Assembly: GCA_030532065.1 (NCBI GenBank)
Contig: JAUNLW010000001.1
Span: forward strand, 240,132 to 304,131
Length of the DNA stretch: 64,000 nt
Origin: Eubacteriales bacterium
GTDB taxonomy: Bacteria; Bacillota; Clostridia; Saccharofermentanales; DTU023
Reading direction: 5' to 3'
Shown here piece after piece: positions 26,908-37,301 of the stretch. The notes beneath the pieces are model-generated. The model made no database searches. It was not told the DNA's origin and worked only from the letters and a program-made list of their open reading frames with translations. Numbering within the stretch: the first letter of the stretch is position 1; every line of letters starts with the position of its first letter. The position numbers and the translations under genes were made by a program.

Positions 26908-27357
26908 ATGAAAGTATTACTGCTAGAGCACGTTGAAGACCTGGGTAAAGCTGGTGACCTGGTAGAAGTAAAACCCGGTTATGCCAACAACTATCTCCTG
27001 CCTCGTGGCTTAGCTGCTATCGCAACCAAAGCCAACATGAATGAGATCAAGGCTAAGCAGCGCGCTGCTCAAGCCAGAGCTCAGCGTGAGCTGGAAGCTG
27101 CCCAAGAGCAGGGCAAGAAACTCCAGGGCAAGGTCGTTGTCATCAAGGCTAAGAGTGGTGAAGCTGGCCGTCTCTACGGCACCATCACCAACCAGGATGT
27201 AGCAGACGAGTTGCTGCAACATGAGATTGAGGTTGACAAGCGCAACATCCAGATCTCCGAAGATATCAAGACTGTAGGCAAGTACGAAGCTCAAGTACGC
27301 CTGCATCCTGAAGTTACAGCTGATTTTGTGATTAGTGTAGAGGCCTTGGAGGAGTAG
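26908..27357 (+). CDS. rplI: 50S ribosomal protein L9
   Basis: It contains MKVLLLEHVEDLGKAGDLVEVKPGYANNYLLPRGLA. Confidence 0.96.
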   Translation: MKVLLLEHVEDLGKAGDLVEVKPGYANNYLLPRGLAAIATKANMNEIKAKQRAAQARAQRELEAAQEQGKKLQGKVVVIKAKSGEAGRLYGTITNQDVADELLQHEIEVDKRNIQISEDIKTVGKYEAQVRLHPEVTADFVISVEALEE

Positions 27358-27360
27358 CCG

Positions 27361-28746
27361 ATGGCTAACGCTCCAAGCGCTTCTTTTAACCGTGAACCGA
27401 ACAGCCTGGAAGCAGAACAGGCTGTACTCGGTTCGGTTTTGGCTGATAGCAAGAATCTCTACCACGTGATCTCTCGTCTGATTCCAGACGATTTTTATTA
27501 TCCTAATCACCGTGATATCTATATTTCAATGCAGAACCTTGCCTCAGCCTCCGCCCCTATAGATATTATTTCTTTGGCTAACGATCTTGACAGACGTCAG
27601 ATCCTGGACAAAGTGGGCGGTGTAAAGGTCTTATCTGACCTTAGTAATTTTATTTCTATCCACAACACCGAATATTATGTTGACCTGGTTAAGCAAAACG
27701 CGCAATTGCGTCAGTTGATCAAGGCCTTCCGCGAACTGCAAGCCTATTGCTACGGTGAAGAGGCAGAGGTAGAGCAGGTGATCAACATGGCAGCCATGCG
27801 CCTGCAACAGGTCCGTGGTAATGAGCGCGCTGGTGATTTTGAACGTGTCGGTGAAGTAATCATGGCTCAGATCAATGAGCTTATGGAGATGTCCAAGCAG
27901 GAGAAAAGCCCTCTGCAAGAGACCGGCTTTGCCAGCCTGGACCAAAAACTTGGAGGACTTCGCAAAGGCGCTCTCTACATTTTGGCCGCCCGACCCGGTA
28001 TGGGTAAATCCGCCTTTGCCTTTAATATCGCACAACGCGTGGCTTCTATCTATCAAGTGCCTACGGCGATTTTCAGCTTGGAAATGTCCAGCCAGGAAGT
28101 CAGTAGCCGCTTCCTTTCAACATATTCCATGATTGAGTCGGAAAAACTCAATACAGCAGATCTCAGTCAACAGGAGTGGACGAGGCTCAGCGAAAAAGCG
28201 GCGGACTTTTTCCCTACACCCATTTTTATCAATGACCGACCGGCCATTGGACCAATGGAAATGCTGGCCCGCTGTCGTGAACTCAAGCTCAATGAGCCCG
28301 ACTTGGGCCTGGTAATTGTGGACTATCTGCAGTTGATGTCTTCTGACCGCTCAAGGGCGGATGGGCGTCAACAGGAAATCTCAGATATTTCCCGTAATCT
28401 TAAAATTATGGCCAGAGAACTGGATGTACCTGTATTGGCACTTTCTCAGCTCAGCCGAGCCTGCGAAGCCAGGTCCAATAAACGGCCCATGCTGTCTGAC
28501 CTAAGAGATTCCGGCGCTATCGAACAAGATGCCGACGTGGTCTTGTTCCTTTATCGTGACGCTTATTATCCCGACGATGAGGCGCAGGGAACTCAAGCTG
28601 CTCAAGTTTCAGAGCAAGCCGAACTTATCATCGCCAAGAACCGTCAGGGTGCCACGGGCACAGTCTATCTGGGCTGGCGTCCGGAATACACGCTTTTCTA
28701 CGATTTAGATCCTCGAACTGAAAACCGCGAGGCTCCACCTTTCTAA
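27361..28746 (+). CDS. dnaB: Replicative DNA helicase
   Basis: The DnaB N-domain begins EAEQAVLGS. Walker A is ARPGMGKSAF. The SQLSR and DLRDSGAIEQDAD blocks are present. Confidence 0.96.
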   Translation: MANAPSASFNREPNSLEAEQAVLGSVLADSKNLYHVISRLIPDDFYYPNHRDIYISMQNLASASAPIDIISLANDLDRRQILDKVGGVKVLSDLSNFISIHNTEYYVDLVKQNAQLRQLIKAFRELQAYCYGEEAEVEQVINMAAMRLQQVRGNERAGDFERVGEVIMAQINELMEMSKQEKSPLQETGFASLDQKLGGLRKGALYILAARPGMGKSAFAFNIAQRVASIYQVPTAIFSLEMSSQEVSSRFLSTYSMIESEKLNTADLSQQEWTRLSEKAADFFPTPIFINDRPAIGPMEMLARCRELKLNEPDLGLVIVDYLQLMSSDRSRADGRQQEISDISRNLKIMARELDVPVLALSQLSRACEARSNKRPMLSDLRDSGAIEQDADVVLFLYRDAYYPDDEAQGTQAAQVSEQAELIIAKNRQGATGTVYLGWRPEYTLFYDLDPRTENREAPPF

Positions 28747-28747
28747 A

Positions 28748-29758
28748 ATGGCAGCCCCACGCTTTCGTGAAGATTCGGGGCTTTTCATGAGCCTGCGACA
28801 AGAACTCTGCCGAAGACTTGCTTTGGACGGCAGTCATTTTGTGTTAGCAGTTTCCGGTGGAGCGGATTCTATGTTCCTGGCTTATTTTTTTATCTGGCTG
28901 AGAGAGTTAGCGGATATCAAACTTAGCTTAGCTCACTATAATCACCAGCTGCGTCCGGGAGCGGATGAGGTGGAGAGCGAGGCAATAAGTAATTTTTCCC
29001 AAACATGGAATTTACCTTATTTTGAGGAGTCAAGCTCAGTGCTGGACTTGGCTAAAGAGAGAAAAGCGGGAGTGGAAGAAGCGGCTCGTTTTGCTCGCCA
29101 TACTTTTTTAGAAAACATCCGCCAGAAAGTAGAGGCCACTGATCCGGCCAGGCCCGTTTATTTGGCTATTGGCCATAACGCAGATGACCTCCTGGAAACT
29201 CTGCTGATAAATCTTGGCCGCGGCGCTGGTATTGCGGGACTGGCCTCTATGCCATATTTTGACGGACGCATTGCGCGTCCCTTGCTGATCCTTCCCCGTA
29301 CAGATATTCGCGCTTTCCTAAACCAAAGAGATATTAGTTATTTTGAGGATGCCAGCAATGAGAGTCCGGAATATTTGCGCAATCGTATTCGTATGGAACT
29401 TATTCCGCTCTGGTCGGATATTCTGGGTTATACGCCGCTAAAACAAGCTTTTAACTTAAGTGAGCACATGCGGGAAGAAAGTCTGGCTTTGGACGAACTG
29501 GCTGGACTTGCCTTAGAGGAAACCGTGTTAACTGAAGGTGGATTGAATTTAAAAGCCCTGGATGCCTGGCCGAGTGGACTTTATTACCGAGTTATTGATC
29601 TTTACCTGAAGCGCCAATTAGGGCAGGATTACCAACTGCCGGCTGCCAGTTTCGCTGTTTTGGAAAGGAAATTAGAGCAGTTACCATGCAGGGCATGTAT
29701 TACTTTAGCCGGTGCCAGGCAACTGGAAGTTCGTGACTGGTATCTAAGGCTACGCTAG
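28748..29758 (+). CDS. tilS: tRNA(Ile)-lysidine synthetase
   Basis: It has the PP-loop SGGADS and sits in the conserved tilS-hpt-ftsH order. Confidence 0.85.
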   Translation: MAAPRFREDSGLFMSLRQELCRRLALDGSHFVLAVSGGADSMFLAYFFIWLRELADIKLSLAHYNHQLRPGADEVESEAISNFSQTWNLPYFEESSSVLDLAKERKAGVEEAARFARHTFLENIRQKVEATDPARPVYLAIGHNADDLLETLLINLGRGAGIAGLASMPYFDGRIARPLLILPRTDIRAFLNQRDISYFEDASNESPEYLRNRIRMELIPLWSDILGYTPLKQAFNLSEHMREESLALDELAGLALEETVLTEGGLNLKALDAWPSGLYYRVIDLYLKRQLGQDYQLPAASFAVLERKLEQLPCRACITLAGARQLEVRDWYLRLR

Positions 29759-29925
29759 ACTTACCCTTGTGGCGTAGTTGGACTATCACTGATATAATCA
29801 AGCATAGGCATAAAGGCGATTGTAAGTTCGGGACGGGTTTCCCTTGTACCGAGCTTTCTTTTGCGCTATTGTATGCGAATGAATTAAGGCTAATAGTCTC
29901 AAAAACTAGAGGTAGGCGGAATATT

Positions 29926-30450
29926 ATGGATAAGTCTAAATTAAGTGCTGCGATTTATACAGAGGCAGAAATTAGGCAAATGGTTAAGCGCGTTGCCGAG
30001 CAGATTGAGAAAGATTACGCGGGCGAAGAAGTGGTGCTTATTGGTGTACTTAAGGGGTCAGTGGTCTTCATCAGTGACCTTATGCGTGCCCTGGACCTGG
30101 ATGTATTGCTGGACTTTATCGTAGTTTCTTCCTATCAGGGAACCAAATCTACGGGTGTGGTAAAAATCATTAAAGATGCCGATATCGAAATCAGTGGCAA
30201 GCATGTGATACTGGTTGAGGACATCGTAGATACGGGGCTCACCTTAGCTTATCTGCGCGATCTCTTCCTGGCCAGAAAGCCTGCCAGCCTTGCTATCTGT
30301 ACAGCTTTTGACAAGCCTGACCGTCGTCAGGTGGCTGTGCCTGTAGACTATATCGGGCTGGAAGTACCCAATGTCTGTGTAGTTGGTTACGGATTGGATT
30401 ACGAACAGAATTACCGCAACTTACCTTATCTTGCGGCTTACGAATTTTAA
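29926..30450 (+). CDS. hpt: Hypoxanthine phosphoribosyltransferase
   Basis: The PRPP loop is VEDIVDTGLTL. ATG 29926 gives a normal ~175-aa HPRT; the ORF-track extension from 29767 has no homology. Confidence 0.92.
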   Translation: MDKSKLSAAIYTEAEIRQMVKRVAEQIEKDYAGEEVVLIGVLKGSVVFISDLMRALDLDVLLDFIVVSSYQGTKSTGVVKIIKDADIEISGKHVILVEDIVDTGLTLAYLRDLFLARKPASLAICTAFDKPDRRQVAVPVDYIGLEVPNVCVVGYGLDYEQNYRNLPYLAAYEF

Positions 30451-30477
30451 GCTAACTCTATTTAGAAGGAGTTGTGA

Positions 30478-32517
30478 ATGCAAAACAATAAACGACCCCG
30501 TAGTGGAGCGTCATTTTATCTGATCTTAATATTGGCAATCATTTTGTCGAGCATGTTTATGAGTTCGCGGACCAGCAATGATCAGCGGCTTTTATCTGCC
30601 ATAGAGAAGGATATTACTTCCGGCAAGGTGCAGTCAGTAATTATCAATGGTAATGAGCTAGAGGTCATCACTCGTTTCCAGGATGGTAATGCTCCTGCTT
30701 CCTATACCAAAACGATCAGCCCCTATATGCTGGAGTATTACCACCAGATGCTTAGAGCAGCGGTGGATGCAGGCAAGATCGAGAGCTTTGACTATAGACA
30801 GCCGGCAGACTTTACAGGAGTATTTAATATCTTCCTCATGGCCTTGATGATCGGCTCCATGATTTTCTTTATGTATGTCAGTTTCTCCAGCCGTAACCAG
30901 GACGGTAGAAACGCGCTCAATTTTGGACGTAGCAAAGCTAAAAAACAAAAGCCCCAAGATAACAAAGTCACTTTTGCCGACGTGGCCGGCGCGGATGAGG
31001 AGAAGGGCGAGTTACAGGAACTTGTTGATTTCCTTAAGAATCCCAAAAAATATACCAGTCTGGGCGCTAAGATACCTTCCGGTATTTTGTTGGTTGGCCC
31101 TCCGGGTACAGGTAAGACCCTGCTCGCCAGAGCAGTAGCCGGTGAGGCCGGTGTACCTTTCTTTACCATTTCCGGTTCTGACTTCGTAGAAATGTTTGTC
31201 GGTGTCGGTGCTTCCAGAGTACGTGACCTTTTTGCGGACGCGAAAAAACAAGTACCTTGTATTATTTTCATTGATGAGATCGACGCGGTTGGCCGTCACA
31301 GAGGCGCTGGCCTCGGGGGTGGGCACGATGAGCGCGAGCAAACCCTGAACCAACTGTTGGTTGAGATGGACGGCTTTGGACCTAACGAAGGTATCATTGT
31401 CATGGCAGCTACCAACCGTCCGGATATTCTGGACCCCGCGCTTTTACGTCCCGGTAGATTTGACCGCCGTATCACCGTTAACCTGCCTGATATGCAGGGC
31501 CGTTACGAGATTCTCAAGGTTCACTCCAGAGGTAAGCCGCTGGCTTCCAATATCAACCTGATGGATATCGCCCGCATTACTCCCGGATATAGCGGCGCGG
31601 ATCTGGCCAACTTGCTTAATGAGGCTGCTCTCTTGGCTGCTCGCCGCGATGCTAAACAAATTGTGTACTCAGATATCTCCGAAGCGGTCTATAAGATTGC
31701 GATGGGCCCTGAGAAAAAGAGCCGCGTGCTTACCCAAGAGGAGAAAAACCTCACGGCCTATCACGAAGCTGGCCACGCTATAGTAGCGAGACAAATTTCT
31801 GATCGCCAACAAGTGGAACGTATTTCTATCATTCCCGCTGGTGGAGCTGGTGGTTATACTGCTTACAAGCCGATTGAGGATTTGTCTTTCGAGACCAGAG
31901 ATAATCTCTACAAGATGATCATGATCGCCCTGGGCGGTAGAGCCGCTGAGCAGTTGACTCAACCGGATATTTCCACAGGCGCTTCCAATGACTTGCAGAA
32001 AGCCAACCAGATTGCCAGACAGATGGTCACAAAATATGGTATGAGTGATCACGTGGGCCTCTTCGTTACTCAGGATGAAGGCGAAGTTTTCCTCGGCATG
32101 GAATATGGTCATACCAAGCAATATAGTGAGAAGATGGCAGCTGAGATCGACGCGGAAGTTGCTAGACTCCTCAATCAGGCCTACAAGGAAACTGTCGAGC
32201 TCTTGCAGAAAGGCCGAGTCTTGCTGGAAGAAACCGCCAAACTCCTGCTCGAGAAAGAGAAAATTGAAGGCCCTGATTTTGAAGAGATCTACAAACAATA
32301 TGCTGTGGACTTCAAACCGGCACGGGGCGGCAAAGATGCTATCTTTATCTCTGAGTTAGGCAAAGAAGCCGCTGCGCAAACAGACACAGAGGCAAAGCCG
32401 GATGATAAAGAAGATACTGAAACTTCCGAAAGTGAACAGCCACAAGAGGATTCAGACAAAGATCAATTGCCGGATAAACCCACTGACGGCTCAGATCCTG
32501 ATCAAGATACCAAGTAA
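30478..32517 (+). CDS. ftsH: ATP-dependent zinc metalloprotease FtsH
   Basis: It has two N-terminal TM helices, the AAA motif GPPGTGKT, the SRH region, the HEAGHA zinc site, and an acidic low-complexity tail. Confidence 0.97.
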   Translation: MQNNKRPRSGASFYLILILAIILSSMFMSSRTSNDQRLLSAIEKDITSGKVQSVIINGNELEVITRFQDGNAPASYTKTISPYMLEYYHQMLRAAVDAGKIESFDYRQPADFTGVFNIFLMALMIGSMIFFMYVSFSSRNQDGRNALNFGRSKAKKQKPQDNKVTFADVAGADEEKGELQELVDFLKNPKKYTSLGAKIPSGILLVGPPGTGKTLLARAVAGEAGVPFFTISGSDFVEMFVGVGASRVRDLFADAKKQVPCIIFIDEIDAVGRHRGAGLGGGHDEREQTLNQLLVEMDGFGPNEGIIVMAATNRPDILDPALLRPGRFDRRITVNLPDMQGRYEILKVHSRGKPLASNINLMDIARITPGYSGADLANLLNEAALLAARRDAKQIVYSDISEAVYKIAMGPEKKSRVLTQEEKNLTAYHEAGHAIVARQISDRQQVERISIIPAGGAGGYTAYKPIEDLSFETRDNLYKMIMIALGGRAAEQLTQPDISTGASNDLQKANQIARQMVTKYGMSDHVGLFVTQDEGEVFLGMEYGHTKQYSEKMAAEIDAEVARLLNQAYKETVELLQKGRVLLEETAKLLLEKEKIEGPDFEEIYKQYAVDFKPARGGKDAIFISELGKEAAAQTDTEAKPDDKEDTETSESEQPQEDSDKDQLPDKPTDGSDPDQDTK

Positions 32518-32530
32518 TGGGATAAACGAT

Positions 32531-32559
32531 AAGGCTAAGCGCAGTTTGCGCTTAGCCTT
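32531..32559. terminator. Hairpin in the convergent ftsH/murC gap
   Basis: AAGGCTAAGCGCA-GTT-TGCGCTTAGCCTT forms a 13-bp perfect stem. Confidence 0.65.
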
Positions 32560-32573
32560 TGTCCTTACTGCTT

Positions 32574-32608
32574 AAACCTCCGTCTGTTGGGTCGGAGGTT
32601 TAATTTTT
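32574..32608. terminator. Second hairpin/terminator in the convergent ftsH/murC gap
   Basis: AAACCTCCG...CGGAGGTTT is followed by AATTTTT on the + strand. Confidence 0.65.
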
Positions 32609-32618
32609 GCTGGCAAGA

Positions 32619-34133
32619 TCAGGATCCCTTTAGCTCATCGGTGATGCTTAAGTGTTTGGAGTAGTGATCGGTCCGGGCAGTTAAATGATCACCTACCTGA
32701 CGGATATTTTGCCCCATGAGGAGGACCAGGTCACCTTCTCTAAGTTCTTGCCGCAGATAGTTTTCCAGATCTTCCGGTTTGGCCATAAAGCGAGCTTTGC
32801 CGCCAGCTTCATTGATTTTATCGGCGATAGTCTTGGCAGAAAAACTACGATCTTTTTCGCGATCGTCATAGACTTCCAGAATGACGGTCTCAGACTCATT
32901 TTTGAGTGCTTCGACAAAGCCTTCGGCCAGGCCCTTGGCACGAGAAAAGCTGATAGCCTGGAAGCAGGGAATTAAACGTTTGTAGCCCATCTCTTTGGCC
33001 GCGGCTACCGTAAGTTTTACGGAATCTGGATGGTGAGCGTAGTCGTTTACTACCAAAGCACCGTTATAAGTCCCACAGATAGTAAAGCGGCCTTCCGCGC
33101 CGCGGAAGACACGCAAACTTTCTTTCGCGGACTCAAAGTCTGCTCCGGCCAAGTGCGCCAGCAGTACAGCGGCTGCCGCGTTTTCTACGTTAAAGCGCGC
33201 GGGTATGGAAAGTACAAACTGACCCAGGTCCTGGCCTCGGTAGCTTAGCTTGAAGTGAGGCAGACCCTGTTGGTAACCAATTTCGCCAATTACCATATCC
33301 GGTCCTCGCTGCCCGATCTGGTCTCTCTCATAGCCAAAATAATAGTAATCTAACTGCTCCAGCTGACCTGGCTTGATTTCTTCTACCATTGTCAGCAGCT
33401 TTGTTATATGTGGGTCAAAGCTAGGTAGGACTACTTTGGTTCCTGGTGCTTGCAGGCAAAGATAGTTAGCAAAAGCGCGAATCACGTCATCCATGTGAGG
33501 GAACAGGTCAACATGATCGTGGTCCAGATTAAGTATGGCGGTGATCGTAGAAGCAAAACTATAGAAAGAGTAGTTAAATTCGCAAGCTTCTGACAGCAAG
33601 AGATCAGCGCTGCCTACATGGACTGTAGATTTAAAGCGATCCAGTTCTGCTCCCAGGTGCACAGTAGCGTCCAGGCCGGCGTCTAAAAGAATATAAGCCG
33701 TCATGGCCGTAGTAGTGGATTTCCCATTAGTACCCGCTACATTGATTACCTGATTAAATTCTCGGTTGAGAAGGCCCAGCCAGTCACTACGTTCAATGGT
33801 GGGCAGTCCTTGCTCTCTGGCAAAAACCAGCTCTGGATTATCCTGAGCTATGGCCGCCGTATAGACCACCACATCGGGCTGGAATTCAATGATATGGTTA
33901 GCGCTGTGGCCTTGATAAATTTTAATTCCCAGGCTTTTCAGATAGGCACAGCGGTCATTGTAGGAACGATCAGAACCTGCCACCAGCTGACCGCGTGATT
34001 GGGCGAGTTCCGCCAGACCGGACATGGAGATACCGCCGATACCTACAAAATAAACATGACGTTGAGGCTCCATTAGGTATTTATATTTTTTAAAATCGAG
34101 AATAGCTTTCGCTTTTTGATCATGATGATCCAT
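32619..34133 (-). CDS. murC: UDP-N-acetylmuramate--L-alanine ligase
   Basis: It has GIGGISMSGLA, GTNGKSTT and DYAHHP. ATG 34133 is supported by an AAAGGA SD. This leaves a 20-aa N-terminal extension relative to the internal ATG at 34073. Confidence 0.9.
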   Translation of the reverse strand: MDHHDQKAKAILDFKKYKYLMEPQRHVYFVGIGGISMSGLAELAQSRGQLVAGSDRSYNDRCAYLKSLGIKIYQGHSANHIIEFQPDVVVYTAAIAQDNPELVFAREQGLPTIERSDWLGLLNREFNQVINVAGTNGKSTTTAMTAYILLDAGLDATVHLGAELDRFKSTVHVGSADLLLSEACEFNYSFYSFASTITAILNLDHDHVDLFPHMDDVIRAFANYLCLQAPGTKVVLPSFDPHITKLLTMVEEIKPGQLEQLDYYYFGYERDQIGQRGPDMVIGEIGYQQGLPHFKLSYRGQDLGQFVLSIPARFNVENAAAAVLLAHLAGADFESAKESLRVFRGAEGRFTICGTYNGALVVNDYAHHPDSVKLTVAAAKEMGYKRLIPCFQAISFSRAKGLAEGFVEALKNESETVILEVYDDREKDRSFSAKTIADKINEAGGKARFMAKPEDLENYLRQELREGDLVLLMGQNIRQVGDHLTARTDHYSKHLSITDELKGS

Positions 34134-34421
34134 TTTGATAGTCCTTTTCTAGACCAGTCTGCTCTCTTGGAGAAGCAGCTATCGCTTGTAATAGACTCAT
34201 TATACTGTAGGCAGCGCGCTTGTGCAGAGATGAAAAAACAGAGAAAAAACGTTGCTAAACGAAGGGTTTAGCCGATTTTTAGGCGTTTTTAGCTAAAAAT
34301 TGCGCAATTCAACGCTCCGTTGCTAGTATTAAGCATTGAAAAAGGCACAATGAAATTAAGTTTGCTCCGTGAACCTGCAGAGACTATAAAGCGCCTTAAT
34401 CGGCGATTTCGCGCGGCTTGC

Positions 34422-34450
34422 TTGACAGCCGTAAAAGCGGGTGCTAATAT
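34422..34450 (+). promoter_or_regulatory. Promoter of rplU-prp-rpmA
   Basis: TTGACA (34422-27), a 17-nt spacer, then TAATAT (34445-50). The ~75-nt structured leader before rplU may be an L21-type ribosomal leader; that was not verified. Confidence 0.6.
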
Positions 34451-34528
34451 ACTCAAGCGACCGCTCCGCCTGGGCTGGAAAGCTTAAGCTGCCTTGAGTG
34501 GGCGAGACTGTTTACAGGGAGGAAAAGC

Positions 34529-34840
34529 ATGTACGCTATTATTAAAACCGGTGGAAAACAATATCGGGTAAGTGAAGGTCAGGAGATCTTTGTAGAGAAA
34601 CTGCCCGTAGAAGCCGGCGCCGAAGTAGTTTTTGATGAGGTTCTCGCAGTAGGCGAGGGTGCCGATATTGCCTGGGGACAACCCTATGTAGAAGGTGCCA
34701 AAGTTACTGCCAGCCTGGTTAAGCACGGTAAAGGCAAAAAGATCGATGTCCTCACGTACAAAGCCAAGAAGGGCTACCGTCGTAAGAAGGGCCATCGTCA
34801 ACCTTACAGCAAATTAAAGATCAATTCCGTAGCGCGCTAA
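34529..34840 (+). CDS. rplU: 50S ribosomal protein L21
   Basis: The N-terminus is [14 protein letters not shown]. Confidence 0.97.
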   Translation: MYAIIKTGGKQYRVSEGQEIFVEKLPVEAGAEVVFDEVLAVGEGADIAWGQPYVEGAKVTASLVKHGKGKKIDVLTYKAKKGYRRKKGHRQPYSKLKINSVAR

Positions 34841-34869
34841 ACAGCGTGACCCAATAGACTGGTACAGTC

Positions 34870-35223
34870 ATGGTAGAAGCAAAATTCTATACCGATAAAC
34901 AAGGGGTAGTCAGAAAGTTTGACTTTTCCGGTCATGCCGGTTATGCGGAGCACGGATTGGACATTGTGTGTAGTGCCAGTTCGGCCATCAGTCAAACCGT
35001 GATCGGCACTTTAGATGAGTTACTAAAGAAAAAACCGGATTACCACATTGACCCGCAAAGTGGAAGAATTGTCTGCTGCATACCTGACTACTACAACTAC
35101 GGAAAAACGGAACAAATCGTTATCGGGGCTCTGATGTATTCAGCGCTCATTGGCATGAAGCAGCTGGAGCCTAATTACGGTGACTATGTAAAGGTAGAGG
35201 AATTGGAGTACTTGGAGGATTAG
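34870..35223 (+). CDS. prp: Ribosomal-processing cysteine protease Prp
   Basis: It lies between rplU and rpmA. The catalytic His/Cys region is [21 protein letters not shown]. Confidence 0.85.
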   Translation: MVEAKFYTDKQGVVRKFDFSGHAGYAEHGLDIVCSASSAISQTVIGTLDELLKKKPDYHIDPQSGRIVCCIPDYYNYGKTEQIVIGALMYSALIGMKQLEPNYGDYVKVEELEYLED

Positions 35224-35227
35224 AAAT

Positions 35228-35524
35228 ATGATTAGAGTAGACTTACAAGTTTTATCAAGTAAAAAAGGTGTAGGTAGCAGTAAGAACGGCCGTGATTCAC
35301 AAGCCAAGCGTTTAGGCGCCAAGCTGGGTGATGGTCAGTACTGCTTAGCCGGTAACATTATTTATCGTCAACGTGGAACCAAGATCCATCCCGGCACAAA
35401 TGTTGGTAAGGGCAAGGACGACACCTTGTTTGCCTTAATTGATGGACAGGTTCGTTATGAGCGCAAGGGTAAGAAGCACACGCAAGTTTGCGTGTACCCT
35501 GTAGACCTCGAAGTTGCCGAATAA
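35228..35524 (+). CDS. rpmA: 50S ribosomal protein L27 with a Prp-cleavable N-terminal extension
   Basis: [24 protein letters not shown] contains the mature-type SKKG..S.KNGRDS block preceded by a ~10-aa propeptide. Confidence 0.96.
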   Translation: MIRVDLQVLSSKKGVGSSKNGRDSQAKRLGAKLGDGQYCLAGNIIYRQRGTKIHPGTNVGKGKDDTLFALIDGQVRYERKGKKHTQVCVYPVDLEVAE

Positions 35525-35563
35525 TTAGCTGACAGTTTACTGGCAGATTAGTTTTTACGACCT

Positions 35564-35600
35564 GAAGCCCGGCTTGTATTTTGCCTGGGCTTCTTTTTTT
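35564..35600 (+). terminator. Intrinsic terminator/attenuator between rpmA and obg
   Basis: GAAGCCC...GGGCTTC is followed by TTTTTTT. Confidence 0.7.
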
Positions 35601-35617
35601 CATTTAGGAGGTTAACT

Positions 35618-36907
35618 ATGTTTTTTGACCTGGTTCGCATAGAAGTGCAATCCGGCCGCGGCGGCGACGGAGCAGTGAGTTTCCGCAGAGAAAAATTCGT
35701 GCCTAAAGGCGGCCCGGACGGCGGTGACGGAGGCAAGGGCGGAGATGTCATTTTGCGTGCTAACGAGCAAAAGTCCTCCTTGTTGGACTTCCGCTTCAAG
35801 CATAAATTTGTAGCGGAAAATGGTAACAACGGCATGGGAGCCAAGAAGTTTGGTAAGGCAGGTCAGGATCTGGTGATTGAGGTGCCCTGTGGAACCTTGG
35901 TCTACGATGATGAGACTGATGAGCTGATCGTAGACATGGCGGAGCCAGGCCAGGAATTCTTGCTCTTGCCTGGTGGCAAGGGCGGCCTGGGGAATGTTCA
36001 CTTTAAGACCAGTCGCCGACAGGCTCCCCGCTTTGCCAGAGCCGGTGGACCTGGGCGCAAACTCCAGTTGCGCCTGGAACTAAAGCTTATCGCGGATGTG
36101 GGATTGCTGGGCCTGCCCAATGCCGGTAAATCCTCGCTCTTGGCTCGCATGAGCAGGGCAAAGCCTAAGATTGCGGATTACGCTTTTACCACCTTAGAAC
36201 CGCAACTTGGAGTGGTTGACAAGCATGACCTGTCTTTCGTTTTAGCTGACCTGCCCGGCCTGATCGAAGGCGCGGCAGAAGGCAGAGGACTGGGCCACAG
36301 TTTCCTACGCCACGTGGAACGCTGCCGCTTGCTGCTGCACGTAGTAGATGCTGCTCCGGAAGAAGGCCAGCCAAGCCCTTTGGAAGCCTATCGCTCAATC
36401 AATGAAGAGCTATCCTCTTTTGATGAAGCTCTGGTAGACCGTCCTCAGATCTTAGTCTTAAACAAGATGGATCTCTTGACCGAAGAAGAGCGGGCCAAGG
36501 TGAGCGGGGAGTTCGCGGGTGTAGTTGACAACTACTATTGGATCTCCACGGTCACCGGCGAAGGTATAGAAGAACTTAAGCAGGCGATTTTTGATCTCTT
36601 GCCCAGCTTACCCGCAGTGGAGATCAGTGAGGGTGCTGGTGAAGACTGGCAGCTCTACCGCTTTGAAGAGACTGAGCCTTTCTACATCGAAGAAGAAGAT
36701 GGCCAGGTCTACCTTTATGGTGATTGGATTGAGAACCTCACTAATTCCACCAACTTTGATGACTGGGAGAGCTTCCACTATTTCCAAAAGGAACTGCGGC
36801 GCAAAGGTGTAAACCGCGCTCTTAGAGAAGTGGGAGTAAAAGATGGTGAGTGGGTTGATATCGCTGGTGTAGAATTCCAGTTTATGGGAGAAGACGAAGA
36901 AGATTAG
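35618..36907 (+). CDS. obg: GTPase Obg/CgtA
   Basis: The Obg fold begins MFFDLVRIEVQSGRGGDGAVSFRREKF. G1 is GLPNAGKSS and G4 is NKMD. A C-terminal OCT domain is present. Confidence 0.96.
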   Translation: MFFDLVRIEVQSGRGGDGAVSFRREKFVPKGGPDGGDGGKGGDVILRANEQKSSLLDFRFKHKFVAENGNNGMGAKKFGKAGQDLVIEVPCGTLVYDDETDELIVDMAEPGQEFLLLPGGKGGLGNVHFKTSRRQAPRFARAGGPGRKLQLRLELKLIADVGLLGLPNAGKSSLLARMSRAKPKIADYAFTTLEPQLGVVDKHDLSFVLADLPGLIEGAAEGRGLGHSFLRHVERCRLLLHVVDAAPEEGQPSPLEAYRSINEELSSFDEALVDRPQILVLNKMDLLTEEERAKVSGEFAGVVDNYYWISTVTGEGIEELKQAIFDLLPSLPAVEISEGAGEDWQLYRFEETEPFYIEEEDGQVYLYGDWIENLTNSTNFDDWESFHYFQKELRRKGVNRALREVGVKDGEWVDIAGVEFQFMGEDEED

Positions 36908-36984
36908 ACCCGCGGCACAGTTTGTTGACCAAAGTGGAATTTTAAACTAAATAAAGTTGCCCTCTTCCTTCAAGCAGTCAATTT

Positions 36985-36993
36985 TGTTATAAT
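36985..36993 (+). promoter_or_regulatory. Extended -10 promoter (TGtTATAAT) upstream of the rubredoxin gene
   Basis: TG at 36985-86 and TATAAT at 36988-93. Confidence 0.4.
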
Positions 36994-37048
36994 TAAGCGG
37001 CTAAATGCAAAAGATTGATCGTAGTATCAAGAGAAAAGTGAGGGAAAA

Positions 37049-37207
37049 ATGGATAAATACATTTGTGACCTTTGTGGTTATGTCTATGACCCCGCGGAAG
37101 GTGACCCCGATAACGGAGTAGCACCCGGTACCGCTTTCGAAGATCTGCCCGATGACTGGGTTTGCCCCCTGTGCGGCGCGAGCAAAGATAATTTCTCTCG
37201 TCAATAG
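37049..37207 (+). CDS. rd: Rubredoxin, 52 aa (absent from the ORF track)
   Basis: Translation is [52 protein letters not shown], with CxxCG and CPxCG knuckles. Confidence 0.88.
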   Translation: MDKYICDLCGYVYDPAEGDPDNGVAPGTAFEDLPDDWVCPLCGASKDNFSRQ

Positions 37208-37225
37208 AGCAGTTTAGAGAAGACT

Positions 37226-37262
37226 AAAAAAGCGACCTCGGACTCAAAACGGGGTCGCTTTA
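37226..37262. terminator. Bidirectional intrinsic terminator between the rubredoxin gene and the convergent 37302 gene
   Basis: A 10-bp stem spans 37231-40 / 37250-59. It is flanked by A6 upstream and TTT downstream, so a U-run forms on either strand, stronger on the minus strand. Confidence 0.75.
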
Positions 37263-37301
37263 ACTTTACTTAAATTTTATCTTACTCTTTGTTAAAAACA
37301 G

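Noticed and set aside
29767-29925. Long N-terminal extensions in the ORF track: hpt from 29767, ssb from 26124, rpsF from 25778, rpsB from 60667, pyrH from 62180, cvpA from 37888, and the 7476 start of the zinc-ribbon gene.
   Set aside because: In each case an internal ATG or GTG preceded by a good SD yields the canonical conserved N-terminus. The extension either overlaps the upstream gene or terminator or has no homology.
34350-34487. A 45-aa ORF ([45 protein letters not shown]) and a 13-aa basic ORF lie in the 395-bp murC/rplU intergenic region.
   Set aside because: The SD is weak or absent, and the ORF runs through the strong rplU promoter (TTGACA-17-TAATAT). Its composition is Arg/Leu-rich with no recognisable motif, so it is most likely a chance ORF.
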